This document shows, in pieces, positions 12,649 to 23,330 of a stretch of 64,000 nucleotides of DNA (positions within the stretch are counted from its first letter, which is position 1; each line of letters opens with the position of its first letter). Source of the stretch: an uncultured Actinomycetota bacterium (GTDB taxonomy: Bacteria; Actinomycetota; CALGFH01). Below the pieces are notes generated by a model. The model made no database searches and was not told the origin of the DNA. It saw only the letters and a program-made list of their open reading frames with translations. Both the position numbers and the translations under genes were made by a program. The stretch is taken from NCBI GenBank assembly GCA_963733175.1, contig CAVTCL010000030.1, positions 20,452-84,451 on the forward strand, in the 5' to 3' direction.

Positions 12649-13836
12649 GGGATCTCCACGCGTACCAGGGTCGGCCCACCGGCCGGGCTGGACAGCAGCA
12701 GGCGGCCGTCCACCACCGCGACCCGGTCGGCCAGCCCGGCGAGCCCGGTCCCGGCCGCCGGGTCGGCGCCGCCGACGCCGTCGTCGGTCACCTCGAGGAC
12801 CAGCACGTCGTCCACCAGCCGGCCCCGCACCGACGCCCGGCTGGCCCGGCTGTGCTTGGCCACGTTGGCCAGGGCCTCGCAGACCGCGAAGTAGGCGGCG
12901 ACCTCGATCCCGGCCGGCAGCCGCCGGGGCAGGACGACGTCGGTGTCCGACCTTCACCGGCGAGCGGCCGGCGGCGTCGGCGACGGCCGCGGGCAGCCCG
13001 CGGTCGGTCAGCACCTGGGGGTGGACGCCGCGGATCAGCTCCCGCAGCTCCGCCAGCGCCTGCCTGGCCTGCTCGTGGGCGGTGTCGACCTTTGCCGCGG
13101 CGGCCGAGCCCGGCGCCAGGTCGAGCCTGGCCAGGCCGAGGGCCACGGTGAGCGCGACCAGCCGCTGCTGGGCGCCGTCGTGCAGGTCGCGCTCGATCCG
13201 CCGCCGGTCCAGCTCGAACGCGTCGACCAGGCGGGCCCGCGACCGGGTGACCTCGACCAGCCGCCGGTCCAGCTCCGGCTCCCCGGGGGCGAGGATCGCC
13301 CTGGCCAGCGCCGACCGGGCCCCGGCCCAGGCGGTGATCGGGTACGCGGCCACCGGCAGCAGGGCCACGGCGACGGCGAGCATGGCCGCCTGGACGCCGC
13401 CTCCGGAGTCGGCGCTGCGCAGCGCCATGACCGTGAGGCCGGCGGAGAGGAACAGGGAGAGCGCGACCACGGCCAGGTCGATCAGCCACAGCACGACCAC
13501 GCAGACGACGCCGTAGCCGGCCTCCAGGGCCCGGTGCCCGGTCCCCTCGGCCCGCCGCCGGTCGTGGTCGAGGCCGGTGTGGACCAGCCGCAGGCGCCAG
13601 CGCTCGTACCGGGCCACGACCGGTCCGGAACCCAGCAGGGCCAGCGCCACCAGGGGCAGGACGACCGGCGCGGCCCGCGAGGCCGGCCGGGAGAAGAGGA
13701 CGATCACGCCGGCGGCGACCGCGGCGCTGGGCGCGATCCCGCAGAGCAGGTAGGCCAGCGAGCGCCACGGCCACGAGGAGGCCAGGAAGCGCCCCGGCGG
13801 CTGGGCGATGGCCTGCCAGGCGGTGCGGATGCCCAT
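12621..13836 (-). CDS. HisKA_3-type sensor histidine kinase (1 apparent frameshift)
   Basis: Several N-terminal TM helices, H-box ERDLHDGAQQRLVAL, and an ATPase domain (AYFAVCEALANVAKH, LEVTDDGVGG) in the frame of ORF 12621..12863; extra base near 12947. Confidence 0.85.
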
Positions 13837-13972
13837 GCGGCAACGGTACCGCGCCGCCGGCCGGCGGCGGTAGTGCTGGGTCTACCCCCGATGCTCGCCC
13901 CCGCGCCAGTGCGGCCGGCCACCGGTTGCGGTTGCCTGGACAGGCCGGCGCCCCGACCACCCAGGAGCGGCC

Positions 13973-14737
13973 ATGTCGACCACCCAGTCCGTCCCGCCCG
14001 CCGCCGGGACCTTCGAGCTCGCCGCCCGCGCCGTCGAGGTCACCAAGACCTACGGCACCGGGCCGGCCGCCGTCACCGCGCTGGACCGCGTCACGGTCGG
14101 CTTCGGCCGCGGCCGGTTCAGCGCCGTGATGGGCCCCTCCGGGTCGGGCAAGTCCACCCTGCTCCACTGCCTGGCCGGCCTGGAACCCGTCGACCAGGGC
14201 CAGGTCCACCTCGGCGAGGTCGACCTGACCAGGCTGGACGAGCGGCGGCTGACCCGCCTGCGCCGCGACCGGGTCGGGTTCATCTTCCAGTCGTTCAACC
14301 TGCTCCCGACCCTGACCGCGGCCGAGAACATCGCGCTGCCCCTGGCCATCGCCGGGCGCCGGCCCGACCGGGCGGCGCTGGAGCGGGTGGTGGACGCGGT
14401 CGGGCTGCGCGACCGGCTCCGCCACCGGCCGGCCGAGCTGTCCGGAGGCGAGCAGCAGCGGGTCGCGGCCGCCCGCGCCCTGGCCGGCGGGCCGGCGGTG
14501 GTGTTCGCCGACGAGCCCACCGGCAACCTCGACTCGCGGTCGGGCGCGGAGCTGCTCGGCTTCCTGCGACGCTCGGTCGACGAGCTGGGCCAGACCGTGG
14601 TGATGGTCACCCACGACCCGGTCGCGGCCGGCCACAGCGACGAGGTCGTGTTCCTGGCCGACGGCCGCGTCGTCGACCGCATGGCCGCGCCGACGGCCGG
14701 GCGGGTGCTGGACGCGATGAAGGCGCTGGGGGGCTGA
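13973..14737 (+). CDS. ABC transporter ATP-binding protein (MacB/FtsE-like)
   Basis: Walker A GPSGSGKST, signature LSGGEQQRVAAARAL, Walker B VVFADEPTGNLD. Confidence 0.9.
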   Translation: MSTTQSVPPAAGTFELAARAVEVTKTYGTGPAAVTALDRVTVGFGRGRFSAVMGPSGSGKSTLLHCLAGLEPVDQGQVHLGEVDLTRLDERRLTRLRRDRVGFIFQSFNLLPTLTAAENIALPLAIAGRRPDRAALERVVDAVGLRDRLRHRPAELSGGEQQRVAAARALAGGPAVVFADEPTGNLDSRSGAELLGFLRRSVDELGQTVVMVTHDPVAAGHSDEVVFLADGRVVDRMAAPTAGRVLDAMKALGG

Positions 14738-14738
14738 G

Positions 14739-17303
14739 GTGCTGCGCTACAGCGTCCGCAGCGTGCTCGCGGCCAGGGGCCGGCTGGTGCTCACCGCCGT
14801 GGCCATCGCGCTCGGCGTCGGCGTCGTCGCGGGCACGTTCGTGCTCACCGACACCGCCCGGTCGGCGGCTGCCGCGGCCTTCGCCGACCCGGACCCGAGG
14901 GTCGACGTGGTCGTCCGGGCGGCCCCCCGCGGCGAGGGCGAGGTCTTCTCCGACATCACCGGGGAGCTGTTCGCCGACCCCATGCCGGCCTCGGCGGTGG
15001 ACGAGGCCGCCGGGGTCGACGGGGTCGCGGCCGCCATCGGCGTGATCAGCGGCGACGCCCACCTCCTTGGCGCCGACGGCCGGGTGGTCGGCGGCGGGCG
15101 GGCGCCGCTGGGCCGCTCGGTCGACGCCTCGTTCGCCGGGCGCCTGCTCGCCGGGCGGCTGCCCGGCGGGCCCGGCGAGGTCGTGATCGACCGGCGGACC
15201 GCCCGCGACCAGCGCCTCGGCGTCGGGGACCGGGTGGGGGTGGTGGCCTCCGGCGGGGAGGTCCGGACGGTCGCGGTGTCCGGCGTGCTGGACTCGCCGG
15301 AGATCCCGGACGCGGTCGTGCTGGTCGGCTACGACCCGGCCACCGCCCGGCGGGAGCTCGCCCCGGAGCCGGGCCGGGTCAGCCACCTCGAGGTCCACGC
15401 CGCCGCCGGCGTCGGCGCCGAGCAGCTCCGCGACCGCCTGGCCGCCGCCCTCGGCCCCGGCTACCAGGCGTTCACCGGGGCCGAGCTGGCCGCCGAGCGG
15501 GCCCGCAACGCCACCCCGGACGAAGGCGGGGACAGCCAGTTCTTCCTCGTCGCCGGGGTGGTCGCGCTGCTCGCCGGCATGTTCCTGATCCGCAACACCT
15601 TCGCCATCGTCCTCGCCTCCCGGGCCCGGGAGCTGGCCCTGCTCCGCTGCCTGGGGGCGAGCCGGGCCCAGCTCCGCCGCTCGGTCCTGGTCCAGTCCTC
15701 GATCGTGGGGACGCTGGCCTCGCTGGCCGGGCTGGTGGCCGGGATCGGGCTCGGGGCCGGGTTCGGGGTGCTGCTCCGGTCCACCGACGAGGCGGTCGCC
15801 GACGTCACCGGGGCCATCCGGGTCGAGCCCCGCACCGTCGCCGTGGCCCTGGTGGTCGGCGTCGGCACCGCGCTGGTGTCGGCCTGGGGCCCGGCGCGCC
15901 GCGCCGGCCGGGTGCCGCCGCTGCCCGCCCTCCGCGGCGAGGCGCTGGCGGCGGGCCGGGTGGGCCGGGGCCGCACCCTGGCCGGGGCGGCGCTGGCGGC
16001 CGCCGGCGCCGGCCTGGTGCTCACCGGCGCCCTCGCCGACCCGGTCGAGAGCACCCGGCTGCTGGCCGGGACGGCCGCCGTCGCCCTCGGCGTGCTGGCC
16101 CTCGGCCCCGCCCTCGCCTGGTCGCTGGCCCACCTGCTCGGGGCGCCGGTCCGCCGGGTCGCGGGGGTGGCGGGCCGGCTCGCCACCGGCAACGCCGCCC
16201 GCCACCCCCACCGCACCGCCGCGACCGTGCTGCCGCTGGTCATCGTGCTCGCGCTGGCCGGGTTCCTGGCCACCCTGGCCGCCAGCACCAAGGCGTCGGC
16301 GGCGGCCGGGCTCGACCGCACCCTCCGGGCCGACTTCCGGCTCGAGGCGGCCGGGGCCGGCATGCACCAGCCCCGGCTGAGCCCGCTGGTGGCCGAGCGC
16401 CTGGCCGGCCTGCCCGAGCTGGCCGCGGTGGCCGCCTTCGGTGGCGCCGGCGCCACCGTGGAAGGCCGGGAGGGCGGCCTGACCGCCGCCGACCCCGCCC
16501 GGCTCGGGCAGGTCCTCTCCCTCCGGGTGGTCGACGGCGCCCTGCCCGACCTCGCCGCCGGCGCCATCGCGGTCAGCCAGGAGGCGGCCACCGCCCTCGA
16601 CCTGAAGGTCGGGGCGCCCGTGACCGTCCGCACCCCCCGGGGCGAGCGGGTCCTCGTGGTCCGGGCGGTCTACGACACCTCCGGCATCGACGACTTCGCC
16701 CGCCAGGAGCTGCCGGTGGCCGACTACCTGGTCACCCCGGCCGACTTCCGCGCCCTGGCCGGCGGGGGCGGGCCGGCCATGGTCCTGGCCACCCGGCGCG
16801 AGGGCGTCTCCCAGGCGGCCGCCCGGGGCGCCATCGCCGCCGCCCTCCGCGACCATCCCACCGTGGACATCGCGAGCGCCGGCGAGCTGCGCCGGCGGGC
16901 GACGGCGGCGATCGACCCGGCCCTGCGGCTGTTCTCCGGCCTCCTCGGGCTGGCGCTGGTGGTGGGGCTGTCCGGGGTGGTCAACACCCTGGTCCTGTCG
17001 ATCCTGGAGCGGGCCCGCGAGCTCGGCCTGCTGCGGGCCATCGGCATGGACCGCCGGCAGGTGGGGTCGATGGTCGCCTGGGAGGCGGTGCTGGTCGCCG
17101 CCATCGGCACCGGCGTCGGGGTCGGCCTCGGCGCGTTCCTGGGCTGGGCGATCTGCCGGGACCTGGAGCTGCCGCCCACCATCCCGGTGGCCCAGCTCGT
17201 CCTGCTCGCCTCCGCCGCGACCCTGCTCGCCGTGGCCGCCGCCGCCCTGCCCGCCCGGCGGGCCGCCCGGCTCGACCCGGTCCGGGCCGTGGCGGCCGAG
17301 TGA
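14739..17303 (+). CDS. ABC transporter permease with two FtsX domains (MacB type)
   Basis: 854 aa, GTG 2 nt after the ATPase stop; repeated TM-bundle/large-loop architecture; intact. Confidence 0.85.
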   Translation: MLRYSVRSVLAARGRLVLTAVAIALGVGVVAGTFVLTDTARSAAAAAFADPDPRVDVVVRAAPRGEGEVFSDITGELFADPMPASAVDEAAGVDGVAAAIGVISGDAHLLGADGRVVGGGRAPLGRSVDASFAGRLLAGRLPGGPGEVVIDRRTARDQRLGVGDRVGVVASGGEVRTVAVSGVLDSPEIPDAVVLVGYDPATARRELAPEPGRVSHLEVHAAAGVGAEQLRDRLAAALGPGYQAFTGAELAAERARNATPDEGGDSQFFLVAGVVALLAGMFLIRNTFAIVLASRARELALLRCLGASRAQLRRSVLVQSSIVGTLASLAGLVAGIGLGAGFGVLLRSTDEAVADVTGAIRVEPRTVAVALVVGVGTALVSAWGPARRAGRVPPLPALRGEALAAGRVGRGRTLAGAALAAAGAGLVLTGALADPVESTRLLAGTAAVALGVLALGPALAWSLAHLLGAPVRRVAGVAGRLATGNAARHPHRTAATVLPLVIVLALAGFLATLAASTKASAAAGLDRTLRADFRLEAAGAGMHQPRLSPLVAERLAGLPELAAVAAFGGAGATVEGREGGLTAADPARLGQVLSLRVVDGALPDLAAGAIAVSQEAATALDLKVGAPVTVRTPRGERVLVVRAVYDTSGIDDFARQELPVADYLVTPADFRALAGGGGPAMVLATRREGVSQAAARGAIAAALRDHPTVDIASAGELRRRATAAIDPALRLFSGLLGLALVVGLSGVVNTLVLSILERARELGLLRAIGMDRRQVGSMVAWEAVLVAAIGTGVGVGLGAFLGWAICRDLELPPTIPVAQLVLLASAATLLAVAAAALPARRAARLDPVRAVAAE

Positions 17304-17305
17304 GC

Positions 17306-18298
17306 CTACAGCCAGCCGTTGCGGCGGAAGGCGCGGTACAGCGCGACGCAGGCCACGGCCATGACGCCCAGGGCCAGGGGGTAGCCGTAGGTCCAGGTCA
17401 GCTCGGGCATGTAGTCGAAGTTCATGCCGTAGATGCCGGCGATCATGGTCGGCACGGCCACGATCGCCACCCAGGCCGAGATCTTGCGCATGTCGGCGTT
17501 CTGGCGCATGGCGACCTCGTTCTGGCGCAGGGCGACCTGGGTCAGGTTGGCCTGGAGGACGCTGGTGAGCAGCTCGCGGAAGCCGCTCACGGCGTCGACC
17601 ACCCGCAGCAGGTGATCCTGGATGTCGCGGAAGTACTCGCCCAGGTCGCCCCGCAGGCCGGGCACCTGGCCGAGGGCGAGGCGGTCGAGCGGCTCGGCGA
17701 GGGGGGCGGCGGCCTGGTGGAACTCGATCACCTCGCGCTTGAGCAGGTAGATGCGCTCGGCCGGGTTGCTGCCCTCCTGCGAGAAGACCTCGGTCTCCAC
17801 CTCCTTGATGTCCTCGTCGAGCCCGTCGATCACCGGCTGGTAGTCGTCCACCACCCGGTCGAGGATCGCGTACAGCACCGCCGCGGGACCGAAGCGGAGC
17901 AGGTCGGGCCGGCTCTCGATCTGCTTGCGGACGTCGCCGAGGGCGCTGGCCGGCTTGTGCCGGACCCCGACCACGAACTGGGGACCGATGAACAGCATGA
18001 TCTCGCCGAACTCCACGGTGTCGTCGGCGTCGACGTAGCGGGCCGTCTTGAGGACCACGAACAGGGTGTCGTCGTAGACCTCCAGCTTGGGCCGCTCGTG
18101 GGCGATGATGGCGTCCTCGACGGCCAGCTCGTGGAGGTTGAACTCGCGCCGCACCGACTCGAACTCGGCCTCGTCGGGCTCGTACAGCCCGATCCAGACG
18201 AAGGCGTTGTCGGCCGAGCCGGCCTCGTAGGCCTCGTGGAGGGCCAGCTCGCCCGGCTTGCGCTTGCCGTCCTGGTAGACCGCGCAGTCGATGATCAT
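17306..18298 (-). CDS. corA: Magnesium/cobalt transporter CorA
   Basis: C-terminal YGMNFDYMPE (GMN) plus two TM helices. Start chosen at MIIDCAVYQDG; the upstream part of the 425-aa ORF is Arg/Pro junk. Confidence 0.9.
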   Translation of the reverse strand: MIIDCAVYQDGKRKPGELALHEAYEAGSADNAFVWIGLYEPDEAEFESVRREFNLHELAVEDAIIAHERPKLEVYDDTLFVVLKTARYVDADDTVEFGEIMLFIGPQFVVGVRHKPASALGDVRKQIESRPDLLRFGPAAVLYAILDRVVDDYQPVIDGLDEDIKEVETEVFSQEGSNPAERIYLLKREVIEFHQAAAPLAEPLDRLALGQVPGLRGDLGEYFRDIQDHLLRVVDAVSGFRELLTSVLQANLTQVALRQNEVAMRQNADMRKISAWVAIVAVPTMIAGIYGMNFDYMPELTWTYGYPLALGVMAVACVALYRAFRRNGWL

Positions 18299-18315
18299 CG
18301 TGCGTGCATTGTGCC

Positions 18316-19001
18316 CTACCCGCCCTTGGCGACCCGGCAGAACGCCTCCAGCAGCCGGGTCGCGTTGGCGGTGTTGCGGTCCGCGCCCGCCATGGCCTCG
18401 GCGATCGGGTAGTCGGGCGGCGGGGTGGAGCTGGCCCACCAGCCGGCCAGCAGGGGCCCGTCGACCTCGGGATGGAACTGGACCGCGACCACGCTGCCCA
18501 GCCGGAACGCCTGGCTGGGGTAGACGGCGCCCCCGGCCAGCACGGTCGCGCCCGGGGGCGGGTCGAAGGTGTCGTGGTGCCACTCGAACAGCTCGGCCGG
18601 CTCCTGGAGGGCGCCGGCGACCGGGTCGGCCCGGCCGGCCTCGGTCAGCTCGACCTTGGTCCAGCCGAGCTCCTCGCCGGCGGGGCCCGGGTAGGCGCGG
18701 CCGCCGAGGGCGGCGGCGGCCAGCTGGGCGCCCAGGCAGATGCCGAGGGCCGGGGCCGAGCGGGCGGCGGCGTCGGCGAGCAGGTCCATGGTCCGGGCCA
18801 GGTGCGGGTAGTCGTCGGTCTCGTCGAAGTCCATCGCCCCGCCCAGCACCACCAGCCCGTCGGCACCGTCCAGGGTCGCCGGCACCGGCTCCCCGGGGGC
18901 CTCCACCACCTGGAGCTCGACCCCGGTGGCGGCGGCCGCCGGGCCAGCAGGCCGGGCGGGGAGCTGGGCTCGTGCTGGACCACCAGCAGCCGGGCCGCCA
19001 C
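18316..19001 (-). CDS. Class I glutamine amidotransferase-like protein (1 apparent frameshift)
   Basis: Nucleophile elbow GICLGAQL and VQFHPE. The N-terminus ARLLVVQHEPSSPPGLL lies in another frame (switch near 18925); GTG at 19001. Confidence 0.75.
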
Positions 19002-19003
19002 GG

Positions 19004-19789
19004 CTACCGTGGCTCCCCGAGGGCCGCGGAGACCAGGGCGGGGAGCAGGGTCCCGGCCTCGCCCAGGAGGACGGCGTCGGCCAGGCCGTCCAGCGGGGTC
19101 GGCTCCCGGTTGACGATCACCAGCCTGGCCCCGAGCCGGCTGGCCTTGACGGGCAGCCCGGCGGCGGGCTGGACGACCAGCGAGGAGCCGACGGCCACGA
19201 ACGCGTCGCAGCCCGCGGTCAGGGCCTCCGCCCTGGCCCAGACCTCGGGCGGGATGTTCTGGCCGAACGACACCGTGGCCGCCTTGATGATCCCCCCGCA
19301 GGCCAGGCAGGCCGGGTCCTCCTCGCCGGCCTCGACCCTGGCCACCGCCTCGCCCATCGGCCCCCGCTCGCCGCAGGCCAGGCAGACGAACATGCGCCCG
19401 GTCCCGTGCACCTCGCAGACCAGCTCGGCCGGCAGCCCGGCGTCGGTGTGCAGCCCGTCGATGTTCTGGGTGATCACCCCGGCCAGCCGCCCCGCCTCGG
19501 CCAGCCGCACGCACGCCAGATGGGCCGGGTTGGGCCGCGCGTCCATGTGCTGCAGCTCCCGCCGCAACCGCCAGGCCAGCCGCCGCGTCCCCGGGTCGCT
19601 CACATACCGCCGGAACCCCAGCTCCCGCGGGTCGTACCGGCTCCACAACCCCCCCGGCGACCGGAAGTCCGGAATCCCCGAGTCGGTCGACACCCCCGCC
19701 CCGGTGAACACCACGATCCGCCCGGCCCCAGCCAGCAGCGCACCAGCATGTTCGAGGGCGTCAGCCAGCGGTCGCCTCGCCACATCCAT
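19004..19789 (-). CDS. cobB: NAD-dependent protein deacylase (Sir2/CobB)
   Basis: GAGVSTDSGIPDFRS, QNIDGLH, Zn ribbon CLACG..CLACGG; start at MDVARRPL. Confidence 0.9.
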   Translation of the reverse strand: MDVARRPLADALEHAGALLAGAGRIVVFTGAGVSTDSGIPDFRSPGGLWSRYDPRELGFRRYVSDPGTRRLAWRLRRELQHMDARPNPAHLACVRLAEAGRLAGVITQNIDGLHTDAGLPAELVCEVHGTGRMFVCLACGERGPMGEAVARVEAGEEDPACLACGGIIKAATVSFGQNIPPEVWARAEALTAGCDAFVAVGSSLVVQPAAGLPVKASRLGARLVIVNREPTPLDGLADAVLLGEAGTLLPALVSAALGEPR

Positions 19790-19912
19790 GTTCCCCAGGG
19801 TAGCCGACCCGCCCCGCCCCGACTCCGCATGGCGTCGTGCTTCACCCACCCGGTCCGGTGTCGGGTCCCCCGGTGGGGAGCGTGCCCGACCGGGTGAGGA
19901 GGATGCTCCGGG

Positions 19913-19921
19913 TTGTCCACA
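19913..19921 (+). promoter_or_regulatory. Perfect actinobacterial DnaA-box 9-mer TTGTCCACA
   Basis: Exact match, in the divergent intergenic region between cobB and the large membrane-protein gene. Confidence 0.3.
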
Positions 19922-19979
19922 GCCCCCTCGGGCCGTCCGGCGCGCTGCCCACAACCACCTGGGCGGCTACGATGCCAGG

Positions 19980-22026
19980 ATGCGTTGGTTCCTGGCCCTG
20001 CTGGTGGGCGTCGTGGTCGCCGCTGTCGGGCGCCGGAGCCGGCGCGGGCGGCGGCGGCCCAGGCGGCGACGTCGGACACGGTGGCCGCCGCCGCGGGTGC
20101 TGGTGCTGGTGGAGCGGCTCACCATGGACGAGGCGCTGGCGGTGGCCGGCGCCCGACCGGCCGGAGGTGGTCGGGTTCGTGTCCACCCTGCCCGTCCATC
20201 AGCCGCTGGCGTCCGGGTGCTGTCGCTGGCCGCCGGCCGCCGGGTCGACGCCCTGGCCGCCCTGGAGGACGACCCGGCGGCGCCTCCGGCCTGCCCGGCC
20301 CGGCGACGGTCGAGCGGATCCGGGCCGACAACCCGGGGGCCCGGCTGGGCCGCCTGCCGCCCCGGACGGAGGTGCTCGCCTACCAGGGGCAGGAGGTGGC
20401 CGGGCTGTTCACCCTCGGGCCCGAGCGGCGGCCGCCGGCGCGCCCAGCCCGCTCGGGCCCGGCGACCGCCCGATCCCGCTGCGACCCGACCAGCTGCTCG
20501 TCCTGGCCGTTCCCGACGCGGCCGCCCTGGCCAACGTGCTCGGCCGGCTCCAGCCGGCGGAAGGGGCGACCGGCCCGGTCATGGTCGTCGGGCTGCGGGC
20601 CGCGCCCGGGCGGGCCAACGCGGCCCCGCTGCTGGTCCTCGACGACCCGCTCGCCGGCGGCCTGCCCACCTCCGGCTCGACCCGCCGCCTCGGCCTGGTC
20701 GCCCTCGAGGACGTGCGGCCGACGCTCGCCGGCGGCGCCTCGGACGGCGACGACGGCTCGGTCATCCGGGTCGTCGAGGACGACGCCGCCAGCCGCCACC
20801 GCGACCCGGCTGGACCGGCGGGTCGCCGCCCTGGTGGCCGCCCGCACCTGGGCGATCCCGCTGCTCTGCCTGGCCGCCGTGCTGGCCCTGTTCGCCCTGC
20901 TGGCCGCCTGGCGCGGCGCGGCCGGCCCGGCCGCGCGGCCTCGGCCGCCAGGACGCTGCTGGCCCTCACCCTGGCCCTGCCGCCCGGCTACCTGGTCGCC
21001 AGCATGGCCGAGCCGCTCGCGGCCCGGCTCTGGGAGGCGGTCCTGCCCGGCCTGCGCGACCCCGGCGTGGCCAGCCTCTGGGCGGTCGCCTGGGTCGTGT
21101 CGGGCATCGCCGCCGCCGCCGTCCTGGCCGCCGTCGCCCTCCGCCTGGACCGGCCCGCGACCGGCGACCTCCCCGGCCCGGCGGCCGGGGTCGACCGGCG
21201 GCCCCCGGGCCGGGTGGCGGCGCCGGCGCTGCTCGGGGCGGTGCTGCTCGGGCTGGTCGCCCTCGACCTGGTCCTCGGGGGCCACGGGCTGTCCCAGCCG
21301 CTGCTCGGCGGCAGCGCCTGGGACGGCGAGCGCTTCTACGGCCTCGGCAACGGCTACTTCGCCTTCGCCCTGGCCGCGGTCATGCTGGTCGCCGGGTTCG
21401 CGCCCCTGTCCGCGGTGGCGACCGCCGCCCTGGCGGCGGCCCTCGGGGTGGTCGACGGGCTGCCGCGGCTCGGCGCCGACGTCGGCGGCGCCCTCACCTC
21501 GATGCTGACCGCGGCCGCGGCCCTGGTCGTGCTCGCCCCCGGCCGGCCCAGGGCCCGCCGGGTCGTCCTGCTGGCCGGGCTGGCGCTGGCCGCCGCCGTC
21601 GCCGTGGCCCTCGGGGCCGGCCTCGGGGGGCCGGTCAGCCACGCCGGCCGGTTCGCCGACCGCCTCCAGCAGGGCCCGGCCGACGCCGCCGGGGTCGTGG
21701 TCGACCAGCTCGCCCGCAACCTGCGCCTGCTCGCCAACAGCCCCTTCGCCTGGGTCGGCCCCCTCCAGGTGCTGCTGGCCGGCCTCATCGCCCTGCGCCC
21801 GCCGCCGCCCCTGCGCGACCTGCCCGACTGGACCCGGCGCGTCCTCGGCCTCGGCGCCTTCGGCTCGGCCCTGCTCATCCTGCTCAACGACACCGGCGTC
21901 ACCGCCACCGCGGGCAGCGGCCTGTTCCTGCTCGCCATCCCCGCCTGGGCCTGGCTCGACCAGCACCGCGCGACCGGCCAGCCCGCCGGCCAGCCGCGGC
22001 CCAGCCCGGCGGAGGCGCGCCACTGA
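19980..22026 (+). pseudogene. Large integral membrane protein (N-terminal anchor, extracytoplasmic domain, polytopic C-terminal half), at least 5 frame breaks in the first 1 kb
   Basis: MRWFLALLVGVVVAAVG anchor. Plausible segments (VLVLVERLTMDEALAV; ATVERIRADNPGARLG; PIPLRPDQLLVLAVPD..STRRLGLVALEDVRPTL; RLDRRVAALVAARTWAIPLLCLAAVLALF) are spread over three frames; the C-terminal ~330 aa are intact and hydrophobic. Confidence 0.5.
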
Positions 22027-22038
22027 GGCGGTCGCCGC

Positions 22039-23282
22039 TCAGGCCAGGCGCTGTGCCGTGCCGCCGGCGCCGCTGGCCCGGCCCAGGGCGACGGCCAGGA
22101 GCTGGATGGCGCCGACGGCGACCAGGGTGCCGCCGACGCCGCCCCGGGCCACCGCCGGGGCGGCCAGGGCCGAGCCGACCGCGAACGCGCCCAGCTTGAG
22201 GCTGGCCGCGGTGGTGAAGATCTGGCCCCGCAGGGCCGGCGGCGACCACCGCTGCCGGGTCGCGAAGGTGGCCGCGAACGACGGCCCCTCGGCCAGGCCG
22301 GCCAGCGCGACCAGGACCAGGGCGACCGGGAACGACGGGGCCAGCGGCCAGGCGAGGATGGCCAGGCCGAACAGGCCCAGGCCGGCCAGCACGACCCGCT
22401 GCGGCGGCCAGGGGGCGGTGGGCCGGGCCGCGGCCAGGGCGCCGGCGATCGCCCCGGCCTCCAGGGCCGCCCACAGGTAGCCGGCGCCGGCCCTGCCCGG
22501 CCCCGAGCCGCTCGGCCCAGAACGGCAGGGCCAGGGTGAGCAGGCCGGTGCCGCCCATGCCGACGGCGGTGGCGACCGTCACCCCGCGCAGCACCGGGGT
22601 CCGGGCCAGGTGGCGGAGGCCCTGGCGGATGGTGGCGCCCAGCGGGTCGGGGCGGTCGCCGGCCGGGACCGCCACCCGGGGCAGCCGGGCGATGGCCGCC
22701 ACGGCCAGGGCGGCCAGGGCCGCCTCGGCCAGCACGGCGCTGGGCGGGCCGGTGATGGCGGCGAGCGCGCCGGCGACCGCCGGGCCGGCGATGGCGGCGG
22801 TGTTGAAGCTGGACGCCTCCAGCGCGTTGGCCCTGGCCAGCAGCGGCTCGGGCACCAGCAGCGGGATCATGCTGGTGTAGCCGCCGGTGGCCAGGGGCCC
22901 GGTCAGCCCGGCGAGGGCGGCCAGCGGCGGCAGGACCCAGCCGGGGGAGCGCCCGGCGGCGGCCAGGAGCCCGAGGAGGCTGGCCGCCAGCAGCACCTGG
23001 TTGCTGGCCAGGGCGAGCCGCCGCCTGCTGGTGCGGTCCAGCCAGGCGCCGAGCACCGGTCCGGTCACGACCGCGGGCAGGGTGAAGGCCGCCACCACCG
23101 CCCCGGCCAGCCCCGGCCGGCCGGTGCGGTCCAGCACCAGCAGCACCGCCGCCACCGGGAACATCTCGCTGGCCAGCCGGGCCAGGGTGGCGGCCAGCAG
23201 GAACGCCGGGTAGCCGGGCTGCGCCGCCAGGCCGCCCGGCGCGGGCCGGCGCGCCCGGCGCGGGTGCGGGGGAGGTCACCAC
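22039..23282 (-). CDS. MFS transporter (about 2 apparent frameshifts)
   Basis: 12-TM-like hydrophobic profile; the N-terminal half lies in the frame of ORF 21899..23164 and the C-terminal half in the frame of ORF 22039..22392 (switch near 22500); start region near 23230 is also shifted. Confidence 0.75.
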
Positions 23283-23330
23283 GCCAGGGTATCGCCGCCG
23301 TGGCCGGGACCGGTCGGCCGCGGAGGAGGC

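Noticed and set aside
11983-13836. 617-aa ORF suggesting a hybrid histidine kinase-response regulator
   Set aside because: The kinase ATPase domain lies in another frame (ORF 12621..12863) and ends at 12621. The regulator has its own GTG at 12648. The single long ORF is created by one indel near 12947.
19004-19789. Sir2-domain protein as a possible anti-phage defence gene
   Set aside because: It has the canonical CobB deacylase architecture (GAGVSTDSGIPDFRS, QNIDGLH, CxxC..CxxC Zn ribbon) and size. There is no HerA/TIR/effector partner, and the context is housekeeping (GATase, corA).
19880-19895. GAGGAGGATG as the start of a gene upstream of the membrane protein
   Set aside because: The SD is directly fused to the ATG with no spacing, and the downstream frame is Pro/Gly/Trp-rich nonsense.
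18291-22199. 1302-aa plus-strand ORF
   Set aside because: It is antisense or out of frame to corA, the GATase and cobB, with extreme Arg/Pro/Gly composition. Only short stretches coincide with fragments of the frame-broken membrane-protein gene.
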